Shown piece after piece: positions 11,608 through 20,970 of a stretch of 64,000 bases of DNA. The DNA comes from Ignavibacteriota bacterium (GTDB lineage: Bacteria; Bacteroidota; Ignavibacteria; UBA10030): positions 1,309 through 65,308 of the forward strand of contig CAVYML010000005.1 of assembly GCA_963769605.1 (NCBI GenBank), read 5' to 3'. The notes under the pieces are model-generated. The model was not told where the DNA came from and did no database searches. It was given only the letters and a program-made list of their open reading frames with translations. Position numbers and translations under genes: made by a program. Each line of letters begins with the position of its first letter. Within the stretch, counting starts at the first letter, position 1.

Positions 11608-12704
11608 TAAAAACGTCCGATACTTTTGCCAAACGAATCGAAATTGCCTTTCGGCGGGGAGTTATTCAATTTCTTAGACTTTTTTTTCTAAAAAATAGAA
11701 TTGTACACTTGACTGGAGGCTTTGAGACTGCAAAATATCTTTTCATTCGGCAAGACATGATCGGCGATGTGCTTATTTCGACTCCTCTTTTTGATATACT
11801 TAAAAAGAAATATCCGCAGGCTCAAATCGATGTCTTACTAAGCCCCAAGAACCATTTTGTTCTCCAAAACGATCCTCTTATCCGAAAACGGTGGATTTAC
11901 AATAAGCATTTTTTACAGACAATTAGTCTTATCCGCGGTGTCCGCAAAGAAAAATATGATTTTGCAGTAGATTTAATGGACAATCCATCTGCTACGTCCA
12001 CGATTCTGTGCCTTCTTTCCGGGGCAAAGGAAACCATAGGGCTCGAAAAAGAAAACAGCTATGCGTATAGTATTGCTGTTCCGCTTCTTTCCAGAAAAGA
12101 TTCGCATATTATCGAGCGTATCGCTCAGTTGCTTACCCCTTTTGAGATCCAAGTAAGAGTAAAGGACAGTTCGATCCGTTATACGCCATTGGAATCTTCG
12201 AGAAAGAAAGCGGATCGGTTCCTGAAAGAAAATTTTCAGTCCGATAAGAAAATAATCGGCATCAACATTTCAGCGGGTGGAGAAGTTAGATTTTGGGGTG
12301 TCGACCATTATAAACACCTTTTAGAATATCTGCATAACATGTATCCTGAATTGCAAATAGCGGTTTTTTATAAACCGAAACATAGAGAAAAGGCGGTCGA
12401 AATTGTTGGATCCTCTGCTGCAAAAATTTCGCCTCAGACTAATTCATTCGACGAATTTGCTGCATTTATCGAAAGGATCTCTTTGCTCATAACACCTGAT
12501 ACGTCTGCCGTTCACCTAGCATCCGCATTCCGTATTCCGGCGGTAGTTCTCTACGTGCAGTCCAATAAAGAGCTTAGAATCTGGGAGCCTTTTAATACGG
12601 AATACGAAGCTATTGTTACTGATATCGATGATTTAAGCACAATTTTTGAGAAATCCGTCGAAGAAGCTATTAACCGAATCATAAAACGAACGGGTATTTG
12701 TTAA
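11589..12704 (+). CDS. Glycosyltransferase family 9 (heptosyltransferase-like)
   Basis: RQDMIGDVLISTP, LITPDTSAVHLASAF; start uncertain (TTG inside the repeat array). Confidence 0.88.
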   Translation: MTIDNSLKTSDTFAKRIEIAFRRGVIQFLRLFFLKNRIVHLTGGFETAKYLFIRQDMIGDVLISTPLFDILKKKYPQAQIDVLLSPKNHFVLQNDPLIRKRWIYNKHFLQTISLIRGVRKEKYDFAVDLMDNPSATSTILCLLSGAKETIGLEKENSYAYSIAVPLLSRKDSHIIERIAQLLTPFEIQVRVKDSSIRYTPLESSRKKADRFLKENFQSDKKIIGINISAGGEVRFWGVDHYKHLLEYLHNMYPELQIAVFYKPKHREKAVEIVGSSAAKISPQTNSFDEFAAFIERISLLITPDTSAVHLASAFRIPAVVLYVQSNKELRIWEPFNTEYEAIVTDIDDLSTIFEKSVEEAINRIIKRTGIC

Positions 12705-12706
12705 CC

Positions 12707-13831
12707 ATGCCGAAACTTCTGTTTAGATTAGAATATTTTTGGCGCCACAAAATTGTATATCCTTTTCTCAAGTTTACCATCGGACGACCTTGGAACGAAA
12801 CCGCCATAGATTTAAGAAAGGTTCGGAAGATTCTCTTCCTTCGTCATGATCGCATTGGAGATATGATCGTTACAACGCCAATTTTTCGAATTTTGAAGCA
12901 AAACTATCCGGCTTTAAAAATTGGCGTGCTCGCTGCTATGACGAATGAAGAGATTATTCGTCATAATACTTCTGTCGATTCCACCTTTATACTAAGCAAG
13001 AATCCTCTTAAAAGAATTTTTACCTTCATGAAAATTCGCAACGAAAAATACGATGTTGTTGTGAATTTTATTTTTAACAAAACAACGAGCATTGCCATTC
13101 TTCTGCGTCTTATAGCGAAAGAAAGCAGTACTGTCGGTCAGGGAGATAAAAAATATCGCTTTTATTTCGATCGATATTGCACACTCCCGCGTTCCTCAGA
13201 CTTTATGGTCAAACTCTTAGCTGAAATGATGAACCGGATTTTTCTTCTTGCGATACAAGAACAGGATCTTAATTACGAGATTGTTATCGACCCTCAATCA
13301 AGAAGGGAGGTTGAGTTGTTTTTATCAGAAAATAATCTTCAACTGAAAACTTCTATTCAACGGTCTAACTATATTGTTTTTAATCTTTCTGCGGTCGATA
13401 ACGAAAGAAAAATATGCGTTGATCAAGTTCGCGCGATTGTCTCTTTTCTTGCACATTCTAAAGGATACAGGATCATTCTTGTTACGGCACCGGATGATAC
13501 GGCTATGCAGAAACATGCCCAAATGCTCTGTACAAGTCCCCAATGCATCCTTTTCCTGAAAAGAGGATATGGCTCGCTGCTTCAATTAGCCGCCCTGATA
13601 GAGAATGCATCTGCAGTTCTTACACCGGACACGTCCATCATTCATTTTGCTTCGGCTATGAAAACACCTGTAATTGGCTTTTTTACCCCATTACAGGATA
13701 CACGGGAATGGCTCCCATTTCATGTCCGATATACATATGTAATGGCCGAATCAAATAAGTCCGTATCTGAGATTCCAACTCAACGATTGCTTGAGGAACT
13801 CGATAGATTTCTTCTTGAAGCGATGAACTGA
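12707..13831 (+). CDS. Glycosyltransferase family 9
   Basis: RHDRIGDMIVTTP, VLTPDTSIIHFASAM; ATG at 12707 chosen. Confidence 0.88.
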   Translation: MPKLLFRLEYFWRHKIVYPFLKFTIGRPWNETAIDLRKVRKILFLRHDRIGDMIVTTPIFRILKQNYPALKIGVLAAMTNEEIIRHNTSVDSTFILSKNPLKRIFTFMKIRNEKYDVVVNFIFNKTTSIAILLRLIAKESSTVGQGDKKYRFYFDRYCTLPRSSDFMVKLLAEMMNRIFLLAIQEQDLNYEIVIDPQSRREVELFLSENNLQLKTSIQRSNYIVFNLSAVDNERKICVDQVRAIVSFLAHSKGYRIILVTAPDDTAMQKHAQMLCTSPQCILFLKRGYGSLLQLAALIENASAVLTPDTSIIHFASAMKTPVIGFFTPLQDTREWLPFHVRYTYVMAESNKSVSEIPTQRLLEELDRFLLEAMN

Positions 13832-13913
13832 TAGTGAAAGAAATGAGTCTGGGATAGGGTATTATCTTTCAAAGAAAAAATCGCATTTATTCCGCAAATT
13901 CTTGATGTTTCTG

Positions 13914-13983
13914 ATCTTCCCAACAGCCGCGGGCGGCCTGTCCCGGAAATATCTCTGATATTTTCGGGATGACCGCGGAAGAT
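13914..13983. repeat. REP-like hairpin element
   Basis: TCCCGGAAATATC-tct-GATATTTTCGGGA (13941-13969), nested inside CCGCGG copies and ATCTTCC/GGAAGAT. Confidence 0.65.
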
Positions 13984-14023
13984 TCCCGAAGTCAGCCTGC
14001 CCGCCCAAAAAGAAAGAATTACG

Positions 14024-14143
14024 GTAGGACAAAAATTCTTGTTTGTCGTTTTTCGTCAATATTGGACAGGCCTGCGTGACTATTTACTTGCTACGCATTT
14101 GGGCGGGCGTCAGCAGTCAGGCAGGCAAGAATGCCTATTTTAC
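14024..14143. repeat. Inverted pair of degenerate GTAG-type REPs (REPIN-like)
   Basis: GTAGGACAAAAATTCTTGTTTGTC (14024-14047) and, on the minus strand, GTAAAATAGGCATTCTTGCCTGCC (14143-14120). Confidence 0.55.
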
Positions 14144-14194
14144 ATACAAATGAACTTTTTGGACAGCCTTAAAAAATGGGATTGAAAATTGCGC

Positions 14195-14309
14195 AAACTA
14201 TCCGATAGTTTTAAACTATCCGATAGTTTTTAAAATGCAAATGGTACTGTTAAATATCGCTTAATTTGGCCAATTATCGCACATTTTTCGATCAACTATC
14301 CGATAGTTT
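14195..14309. repeat. Three copies of palindrome AACTATC-C-GATAGTT
   Basis: Copies at 14195-14211, 14213-14229 and 14294-14308. Confidence 0.9.
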
Positions 14310-14377
14310 GAATCTGATTAGTAAAAAAGGGGACAAGTAGACAAAGGAATCAAAACCGATTACGGGTCTCTGAGGTT

Positions 14378-15241
14378 TTAGAGGAGTTTGTAATTCTTAT
14401 ATTCACCGATGCGGCGGCCGCAAAGCGCCTCAAAAGAATCCAGTATTTTTTCTTTGAACGGCTGCCGGTTGTTTGATGGATCGTAATGAAGATTCCATCG
14501 CTGATCTTTTATACGATTGCTCATTGCCGAAGGATGTGTGCCTTTGAAAAACTGCAGCTTTCCCCCTTGACGATAATCATATTCAGCTTTTACGCCGACA
14601 TGTTTTTCAATCCACGTTTCTGAATGCCAGAACTTATTGAAGTGCTGCTGCTTTAATTGCTGCACTTCAGGCGGTTTTACCCATCCGTAATGATAAATAG
14701 AAGCATCGATCAATTTTACATTGAGCTTCCTGCCGGCCAATCGAAAACCCTGTGCATCACCCCATGATCTTATTCCGAGCGCCGGTTTTATTGCACGAAT
14801 CTCTCTCCTGTACCATCGACGGGAATTTCCGATATATTCGTAGCTGCCGTAAAAATGAAAATAGGAAAACAGCAATCCCTCGACCCGCCCATCATCTTTA
14901 TACCGATCCATCGCCTTGAGTATTGCGTCATAATCTTTTTCATGCAAGACTTCATCCCCTTGAAGATAAAATCCCCAATCACCTTGAATATGCTCAAGTG
15001 CAATATTCGTCTGTTGGGAGAGAATAGATCCTCCGCTTACAGCCGATTCATCCCACGAGGTCTGAACGATGATAATTTTTGGAGAGTTGAGCGATTCGAC
15101 GGCTTCAAGGGTTGAATCATCGGAGCGTCCGACGGCCACAATGACTTCATTGCAAATCGGAAGCAGGGAACGAAGCGACTCCAGAAATGGATAATCAAAT
15201 TTTATGCCGTTTCGAATAAATGTAAATCCAGCAATATGCAT
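14378..15241 (-). CDS. Glycosyltransferase family 2
   Basis: GFTFIRNG...YPFLESLRS, SDDST, YLQGDE, YHYGWVK. Confidence 0.85.
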   Translation of the reverse strand: MHIAGFTFIRNGIKFDYPFLESLRSLLPICNEVIVAVGRSDDSTLEAVESLNSPKIIIVQTSWDESAVSGGSILSQQTNIALEHIQGDWGFYLQGDEVLHEKDYDAILKAMDRYKDDGRVEGLLFSYFHFYGSYEYIGNSRRWYRREIRAIKPALGIRSWGDAQGFRLAGRKLNVKLIDASIYHYGWVKPPEVQQLKQQHFNKFWHSETWIEKHVGVKAEYDYRQGGKLQFFKGTHPSAMSNRIKDQRWNLHYDPSNNRQPFKEKILDSFEALCGRRIGEYKNYKLL

Positions 15242-15256
15242 GGTTTTGGAATGCTT

Positions 15257-16141
15257 TTACTGAAGCGTGAACGTAATCGTAAAAATATTTGCATTGCCGA
15301 AATCGAGGAGGAAGGGAACATAGGCGTAATCCAGTCGGGCGAACGAACAAACGATTCCCACTCCCGCGGAAATCGTCTGCGTTTCATAACCTGTCTGGTA
15401 ACCGAGCCGGAAGCTTAAGATCCGATCATAAACCGATTCGATTCCCAAACGAAGATGATTGTCGGTTACGATTAAATTCGAAGAATATGTTGCATAGAAG
15501 CTGTTTTCGAACATATCGATTGGAAAACTATACGATCCTCCGGCTTGAAGAGTGGTCGGCAAATCACCTGCCTCCTGACGCATGGCTGAAAGTGTTCCGA
15601 GATTTGTACATATTAAGGCAGCCTGCCAACTACAACCGTTCCAGAGAGCTCCAATATCGGCTGCATAGCCGTCACTTTCATCGATATAAATCTTCTGATC
15701 AAGATATTTTCCTGAAAGTCCGAGTGAAAGGTTGCCGAAAAGAGTTTTTGAAATCGAAATCTGCATTAAAGAAGTACGGGCTGTAAATGTAGCTTCAGGG
15801 GGGCCGGGAATATCGCGAATTTCAATTCCGCCGATGCCGGTTGTATTGACAGAAAATGAGGCATCGACCCACGATAGAGGAAGCGATGCTGCAAGCAGAT
15901 CTTTTTGAACATCCTGAAACCAAGAGACATGGGAAAGAAGAATCTCAGACGAGGTAATTCCGGCAAGCGCCGCAGGGTTTGTCAAGGAAGTTTCGAGTGT
16001 AGAATCCGTCAGCGGCGCCGATGCAAGCGCGGCGATGCGGGCCGTTCCCGGAAATTTCAATTCGGCGTACCGCGTAGATACTCCCTGTGCAAAAGTCAGC
16101 AGCGGAAATGCGGCGATCAGAAAGAGAAAACTTTTTATCAT
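15257..16141 (-). CDS. PorV/PorQ-family (FadL-like) outer-membrane barrel
   Basis: Signal peptide, ARIAALA...NPAALA plug motif, RLGY, LDYAYVP. Confidence 0.75.
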   Translation of the reverse strand: MIKSFLFLIAAFPLLTFAQGVSTRYAELKFPGTARIAALASAPLTDSTLETSLTNPAALAGITSSEILLSHVSWFQDVQKDLLAASLPLSWVDASFSVNTTGIGGIEIRDIPGPPEATFTARTSLMQISISKTLFGNLSLGLSGKYLDQKIYIDESDGYAADIGALWNGCSWQAALICTNLGTLSAMRQEAGDLPTTLQAGGSYSFPIDMFENSFYATYSSNLIVTDNHLRLGIESVYDRILSFRLGYQTGYETQTISAGVGIVCSFARLDYAYVPFLLDFGNANIFTITFTLQ

Positions 16142-17115
16142 TAGAAATTAAGTCCTATGGACAACATACTTATTCCGCTCGGACTCGACGGTTCAAAAAC
16201 GTATGCATATTGAAATTCAGTTTGTCGGTCGAAAATATTTATATGAAACGTAAAACCCAGTGATGGTTTTGCCGGCATTTCTCCGTTGAGAAGAATCTGA
16301 TCGATGCCAGCGCGCAAAGCGAATGCATCGACGAGAAAAACTTCGGTTCCAAAGCGCAGCATCGGATCCGATCCTATGTATTCGAATTCGCCCGTTACAA
16401 GAGTCGACCATGAAGCGGGAGACCATGCAATTGATATGCGCTTTCGGAGCGGAAAATCGTCGATGTACGATTTTCCATATTCCCCATAGAGCGAAGAGGA
16501 ATCCCATTTATAATGTCCGTTGATGTCCTGCACGACGACGGCACAGGTAATATCCTGCGCCGGAATATAAACGATTCCCATATCGAATGCAGCAGTCGTG
16601 CTCGATACGCCCTGATAAAGCGAATTGTAATAGACTTTTATCGTTATCCCGAAGGAAAAATTCGGCTTAGGGCGAATTCCGAACGACAACATAAATGCAT
16701 CTTCTGCAGTCGAAGTCGTACCCGTTTGGATGCCGTCGCTGTTTCGACCGTCAATATTCGATACGCCGGAATTGATAATAGAAAGGGAAAGCCCAGCATT
16801 CGGCTTGAGCGGTACAGTGTATGTCAGAAAATTGAGACTGCGATCCAGCGAAAGAAGCCCGTAGGATGCGGTAATATTTTTTTCCGGCTGGAAGGGAACG
16901 AGCGCCGGGTTATAGTAGCTCGTTGCTCCGTCGTCGTATACTGCCGATAGAGAATTTCCCATCGCCATGCCCCGTGCGCCGAATCCCATTCGCATTGCCG
17001 CTCCCGGCAGACTGCTGAATGATTCGTCGGTTTGCAATTGAGCATGTGCGGTACATGCTATTGAAAATAATAGAAACGATATGAAGAAAAGTCTTCTGTC
17101 CGCCGCTCTGCTCAT
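16141..17115 (-). CDS. PorV/PorQ-family (FadL-like) outer-membrane barrel
   Basis: GFGARGMAMGN, YYNPA, LRAG, FQYAY, C-terminal Phe; ATG at 17115 overlaps the upstream stop (ATGA). Confidence 0.78.
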   Translation of the reverse strand: MSRAADRRLFFISFLLFSIACTAHAQLQTDESFSSLPGAAMRMGFGARGMAMGNSLSAVYDDGATSYYNPALVPFQPEKNITASYGLLSLDRSLNFLTYTVPLKPNAGLSLSIINSGVSNIDGRNSDGIQTGTTSTAEDAFMLSFGIRPKPNFSFGITIKVYYNSLYQGVSSTTAAFDMGIVYIPAQDITCAVVVQDINGHYKWDSSSLYGEYGKSYIDDFPLRKRISIAWSPASWSTLVTGEFEYIGSDPMLRFGTEVFLVDAFALRAGIDQILLNGEMPAKPSLGFTFHINIFDRQTEFQYAYVFEPSSPSGISMLSIGLNF

Positions 17116-18689
17116 CGGATCACCAGAATCTTTCCCCAAGCGGCCGACTGTCCTCCAATGGAGACGGAATAAAAATAGACGCCGTTGGCAACCGTCTTTC
17201 CGCGATCGTTTTTGCCGTCCCATATCTGATCGTATTCGGTTCCAGCGCTGCGTGAAGCATTCTGAATGAGCGTCCGAACCGGCTGCATAGCAAAATTGAA
17301 AATACGTATGTTGACATTCTGAGATGATCCGGAAAACGACTTCGTACTGAAATGAATCCGAACATATTCAAGGTCGGGAGAGAATGGGTTCGGATAGGCA
17401 TAAGTCGTTCGTGCCGTACCCACTTGAGCCGCCGTTCTCACTATTGTCCATGCGGATCCGAACGGTTCGGAGGGAGTATCGTGCGTGTATGCAATTCCTT
17501 CCACACCGCCGACCCATATAATGTCTCCCTGAACACCGATACAATCAATTTCAGTTGACGTGAATTGCTGTAAATTTTTTTGATCGGTAATAGTGCCGCT
17601 GCATGTCCAGGAAACTCCGAAATTATCGCTGCGATACACTCCCTGATCCGTTGCCACGTAGACGATGGAATCTTTGCATGCGAAGTTATGCGTAAAACCG
17701 CCGATGATTGCAGTCTGCCATGAATTTCCTCCGTCGCTGGAGAAACTAACACCCGTTTTTTCATCGGGATCGTTGGCAATATTGGTGGCTGCCCAGATGA
17801 TGGAGCCGCCGTTTTTCAAGTTCTGCATTTTGAGTGCGACAACAAAGTCACCGGAAATAGGCTGAGCCTGATTTTGATGCGAGAATTTTCTCCAGCTCCA
17901 GCCGCCGTCTGTCGATTTATTAATTCCGTCTGCCGTTCCGGCCCAGATGGTCGTATCGTCGCTTGCAATGACTGAAAAAACGCTGTTATTATAATTTGCA
18001 TTTAAGCCGTAACTCGATGTTGGAGAGACATCGAATGATGCCGGCAGGAGCATCGAAGTATCGATGGCGTCCATATTATCTGCGGGAAGAATCGCACGCT
18101 GCCACGTTTTTCCGGAGTCGATCGATTTTCGAAGCATCCCGGCCCAGCTTGCAATCCACACTGCCGAACGCGTCAGAGCGATGTCGTACGTAAGATTTTG
18201 CTGCGGTACGGTTATATCGAGCACTTTCACTCTATTCTTACTATCGTATTGTATTGTATCGACTTTGCCGGAATCGACCGGTTGTGCGATGGGATTCCAT
18301 GTTGCGCCGTGATCGGTCGAATAATGCAGTCCTCCGCCGGTCTGATAATCCGTTCCGTCAATCATCGTTGTATAGGCAGCAGCCATCCAGATTAATTTGC
18401 CGTGAGCCGCAATCGCCGATATCCCTTTCGAATCGAATCCTGCAATCCCCGCAAGATTGATCCAGCTTGCGCCTTCGTTGAACGTATACGAAGGACCTGT
18501 ACCAGTGGCAAACCAGATCGTGTCATTTTGCACATAGATATCATTAATGGTATTCGACGAAGGCATGGCAGATACTGTTGCGCCGGATGCAGATAGAGCG
18601 GAAGATGAGAGTGTGTACCTCGTTGGATGTTGCGCAAAAAGAACGACGGGTAAAAAAATATAAATGGCGACTTGACGCATTCTCATCAT
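17112..18689 (-). CDS. BNR/Asp-box beta-propeller protein with T9SS/FlgD-like C-terminal domain
   Basis: Repeated S-x-D-x-G-x-(S/T)-W boxes (STDHGATW, SIDSGKTW, STDGGWSW, SSDGGNSW); C-terminal YPNPF...WDGKN...VANGVYFY...KILVIR. Confidence 0.8.
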   Translation of the reverse strand: MMRMRQVAIYIFLPVVLFAQHPTRYTLSSSALSASGATVSAMPSSNTINDIYVQNDTIWFATGTGPSYTFNEGASWINLAGIAGFDSKGISAIAAHGKLIWMAAAYTTMIDGTDYQTGGGLHYSTDHGATWNPIAQPVDSGKVDTIQYDSKNRVKVLDITVPQQNLTYDIALTRSAVWIASWAGMLRKSIDSGKTWQRAILPADNMDAIDTSMLLPASFDVSPTSSYGLNANYNNSVFSVIASDDTTIWAGTADGINKSTDGGWSWRKFSHQNQAQPISGDFVVALKMQNLKNGGSIIWAATNIANDPDEKTGVSFSSDGGNSWQTAIIGGFTHNFACKDSIVYVATDQGVYRSDNFGVSWTCSGTITDQKNLQQFTSTEIDCIGVQGDIIWVGGVEGIAYTHDTPSEPFGSAWTIVRTAAQVGTARTTYAYPNPFSPDLEYVRIHFSTKSFSGSSQNVNIRIFNFAMQPVRTLIQNASRSAGTEYDQIWDGKNDRGKTVANGVYFYSVSIGGQSAAWGKILVIR

Positions 18690-19486
18690 GGCACGTACAC
18701 CACCGTTCTTGTAATGGTGTTGCTCACTTTCCCTGAATAATCATAAGCAACAAATTCGTAGACATAAGGTTGAATATAGGAAGGATCAACCGCCGATGGA
18801 ATCCATGTGATCGTCCGGTAATACGATCCATCGCCGTTATCGGTCAATCTATACGTATTGTTTTGCGTGTATTGATACACGCCCGAGATATCACCGATTC
18901 CATCGGAATCGGAAACAAAAACGGTCATTGTCATTGAAGTAACTTTTGTTACGTGAATCGTATCCGGAATTGATATGCTGTCGATGACCGGAGCATGATC
19001 CGCTCGAGTAATAGTAACAGGAGTGATGATCGAAGAGGATAATAATCCGTTCGTGCCTGTTCCCTGGATAACAACGGTTAATGGGCCGATGTAAGAACGC
19101 GGCAATGAAATAACAGCAGAAGCGGAAAAGAGGCTGTCGTTCGATCTGGAATCCGGCGTGATTCCGTTATCCAATAGTAAACCCTGGGCAAGCGTCGATT
19201 GTGTGTGCGTATTCAAGATGAGGAATGAAACAGATGATATTGAGGACTCTCCATCTGGATCGACAACTTTTGCCTGAAGTTTAAGTGAAAGACTGAGGGT
19301 ATCATTCGGCGACGGATGCGTACCGATCAGGTCTGTATTGATTGTATCCGGTGAAATCGAAACTGCAGCAATAACAGGGACGGAGCCGCTCGAATCGATA
19401 ATAGCATCCGTTCTTTTCGTGCACGATTGGAGCAGAAGAAGAGCGGCCGTAATGGTGATGAGAAGAAGAAACCGAAACCGGCGCAT
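18686..19486 (-). CDS. Lipoprotein with Ig-like domains
   Basis: Lipobox LLQSC; LLDNG..PDS..NDSLFS motif resembling choice-of-anchor X repeats. Confidence 0.7.
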   Translation of the reverse strand: MRRFRFLLLITITAALLLLQSCTKRTDAIIDSSGSVPVIAAVSISPDTINTDLIGTHPSPNDTLSLSLKLQAKVVDPDGESSISSVSFLILNTHTQSTLAQGLLLDNGITPDSRSNDSLFSASAVISLPRSYIGPLTVVIQGTGTNGLLSSSIITPVTITRADHAPVIDSISIPDTIHVTKVTSMTMTVFVSDSDGIGDISGVYQYTQNNTYRLTDNGDGSYYRTITWIPSAVDPSYIQPYVYEFVAYDYSGKVSNTITRTVVYVP

Positions 19487-19616
19487 TGATTGCTGTCCTG
19501 AATGTGGTTCAAAAAAAATTAATTTGTCGCAATCAGCCCTGTTTCGGCCTTTCTGTTGTTGGTGAGATTATAATTCTATGTTAATGTAAAAAAGTTTTTT
19601 CGAACTTCCAAGAAAA

Positions 19617-20639
19617 TTAAAAGCCGGTAAAAATTGGGTTGAGCGAGAATGAGACGGCGAAGATAGCTATCGTGGAGAATCCAACAAGCATTCTCTTTGT
19701 TCCAATCGGCGTTTCATCGGCTACCGGCGGATGATCGAGCTTAACAATGAAGAGAGCGATGAGCGCCCACACCATCCATGCAGACCAACTGTATTCAGCA
19801 AACGGAATAATTTGTCCGAATTCATGCTTTTTAATGAGTGCAAGAACGGAACGAAGAATAGCGTCGAGCACGGATGGAATGCTGACGGCAAGAAGAAGAA
19901 AACAGGAAACACGTGAAATGGTGCGATGCAATCTGCCGAACATAGCATACATGATATGTCCTCCGTCGAATTGTCCCATCGGAATTAAGTTCATTGCGGT
20001 TATAAATAATCCGAACCAACCGACACAGAGAAATGGATAATGATAGATTTCCGACATAGGAGGGACAAACTGATGAGCAGGATGGGTTAAAATGGAACGG
20101 AAAAAAGAAAAAAGAAATGTGGACCCGAAGCTCAGTGACATGCCCTGCGCGTGTGAAGAAGCGTTTAAAGTAAAATCGTAATCAGGATGGATGTTAAGAA
20201 TATACTCCGGTCCCGGCAAAGTAAGAAATCCAACACAAAGAACCATACAGGAAGCAATAAATCCGGCAATTGGGCCTGCTGCACCGATATCAAACATCGC
20301 TTTTTTATTCGGTACGACAGACTTCGTCCTTATGACTGCCCCGAATGTACCGAAATTCAGGAAAAGCTGAAACAGTGCGGGAATCGGCGGAAAGGGAAGA
20401 TAATACGGCAATGTTGCCTCAACCTTGTGATACCGCGCGGCAAAAAAATGACCGAATTCATGACAGGAAATGATAAAGAGTATAGCAGCGGCATAAGGAA
20501 TTCCGTCACGAAAATTCGAAAGGTCGAAGGGATCCCTGTTAAGCCAAAAAACACCGGCAATGACGGTGCTAAAAAAAGTACACAAAAAAAGAAATGCATG
20601 AAACGGCCAATTGCGCCAAAATCTGATTTTTCGTTTCAT
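19617..20639 (-). CDS. Site-2 protease (M50) family membrane metalloprotease
   Basis: HEFGH, AAGPIAG, NLIPMGQFDGGH, multiple TM segments. Confidence 0.92.
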   Translation of the reverse strand: MKRKIRFWRNWPFHAFLFLCTFFSTVIAGVFWLNRDPFDLSNFRDGIPYAAAILFIISCHEFGHFFAARYHKVEATLPYYLPFPPIPALFQLFLNFGTFGAVIRTKSVVPNKKAMFDIGAAGPIAGFIASCMVLCVGFLTLPGPEYILNIHPDYDFTLNASSHAQGMSLSFGSTFLFSFFRSILTHPAHQFVPPMSEIYHYPFLCVGWFGLFITAMNLIPMGQFDGGHIMYAMFGRLHRTISRVSCFLLLAVSIPSVLDAILRSVLALIKKHEFGQIIPFAEYSWSAWMVWALIALFIVKLDHPPVADETPIGTKRMLVGFSTIAIFAVSFSLNPIFTGF

Positions 20640-20690
20640 CTGGATTTATAAATATTCATTTGTAAATTAATCATCATCTGCCAGTCGCTG

Positions 20691-20920
20691 TTCTTCTATC
20701 TTCTATACTGTTTTCTAACTTCTATATTCTGTATCTAAATATACTGAGTAATTTGCAAGATGCCAACGGCAGGTCACGTTCGTAAGTGGTTCCTTAGTTC
20801 TTAGTGCGTGGTTCTTAGTTCAAAGATCTACGGTTATTCAGTTATCCAGTTATTCAGTTCCACTTTTCTCAGGTTGCAATTTACTGTTCACAATTCACAG
20901 TTCTCAGTTTGCTATTTACG
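20691..20920. repeat. Four stacked short tandem arrays in a divergent intergenic region
   Basis: ttctatc/ttctata/ttctaac units; ttagttcttagtgcgtggttcttagttc (20794-20821); gttattca gttatcca gttattca; tttactg ttcacaa ttcacag ttctcag tttgcta tttacga. Confidence 0.8.
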
Positions 20921-20970
20921 ACTTTTCATCCGCTTGTTAATCGGAAGAACAATCGGTATATTATTGCGTT

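Noticed and set aside
14195-14309. Possible mini-CRISPR array
   Set aside because: Repeats are only 15-17 bp, spacing is 1 and about 64 bp, and there are no cas genes in the window.
17116-17223. N-terminal extensions in the ORF track (also 35168-35215, 39854-39895, 44420-44461, 60271-60300)
   Set aside because: They overlap upstream genes; downstream ATGs give proper signal peptides or family N-termini.
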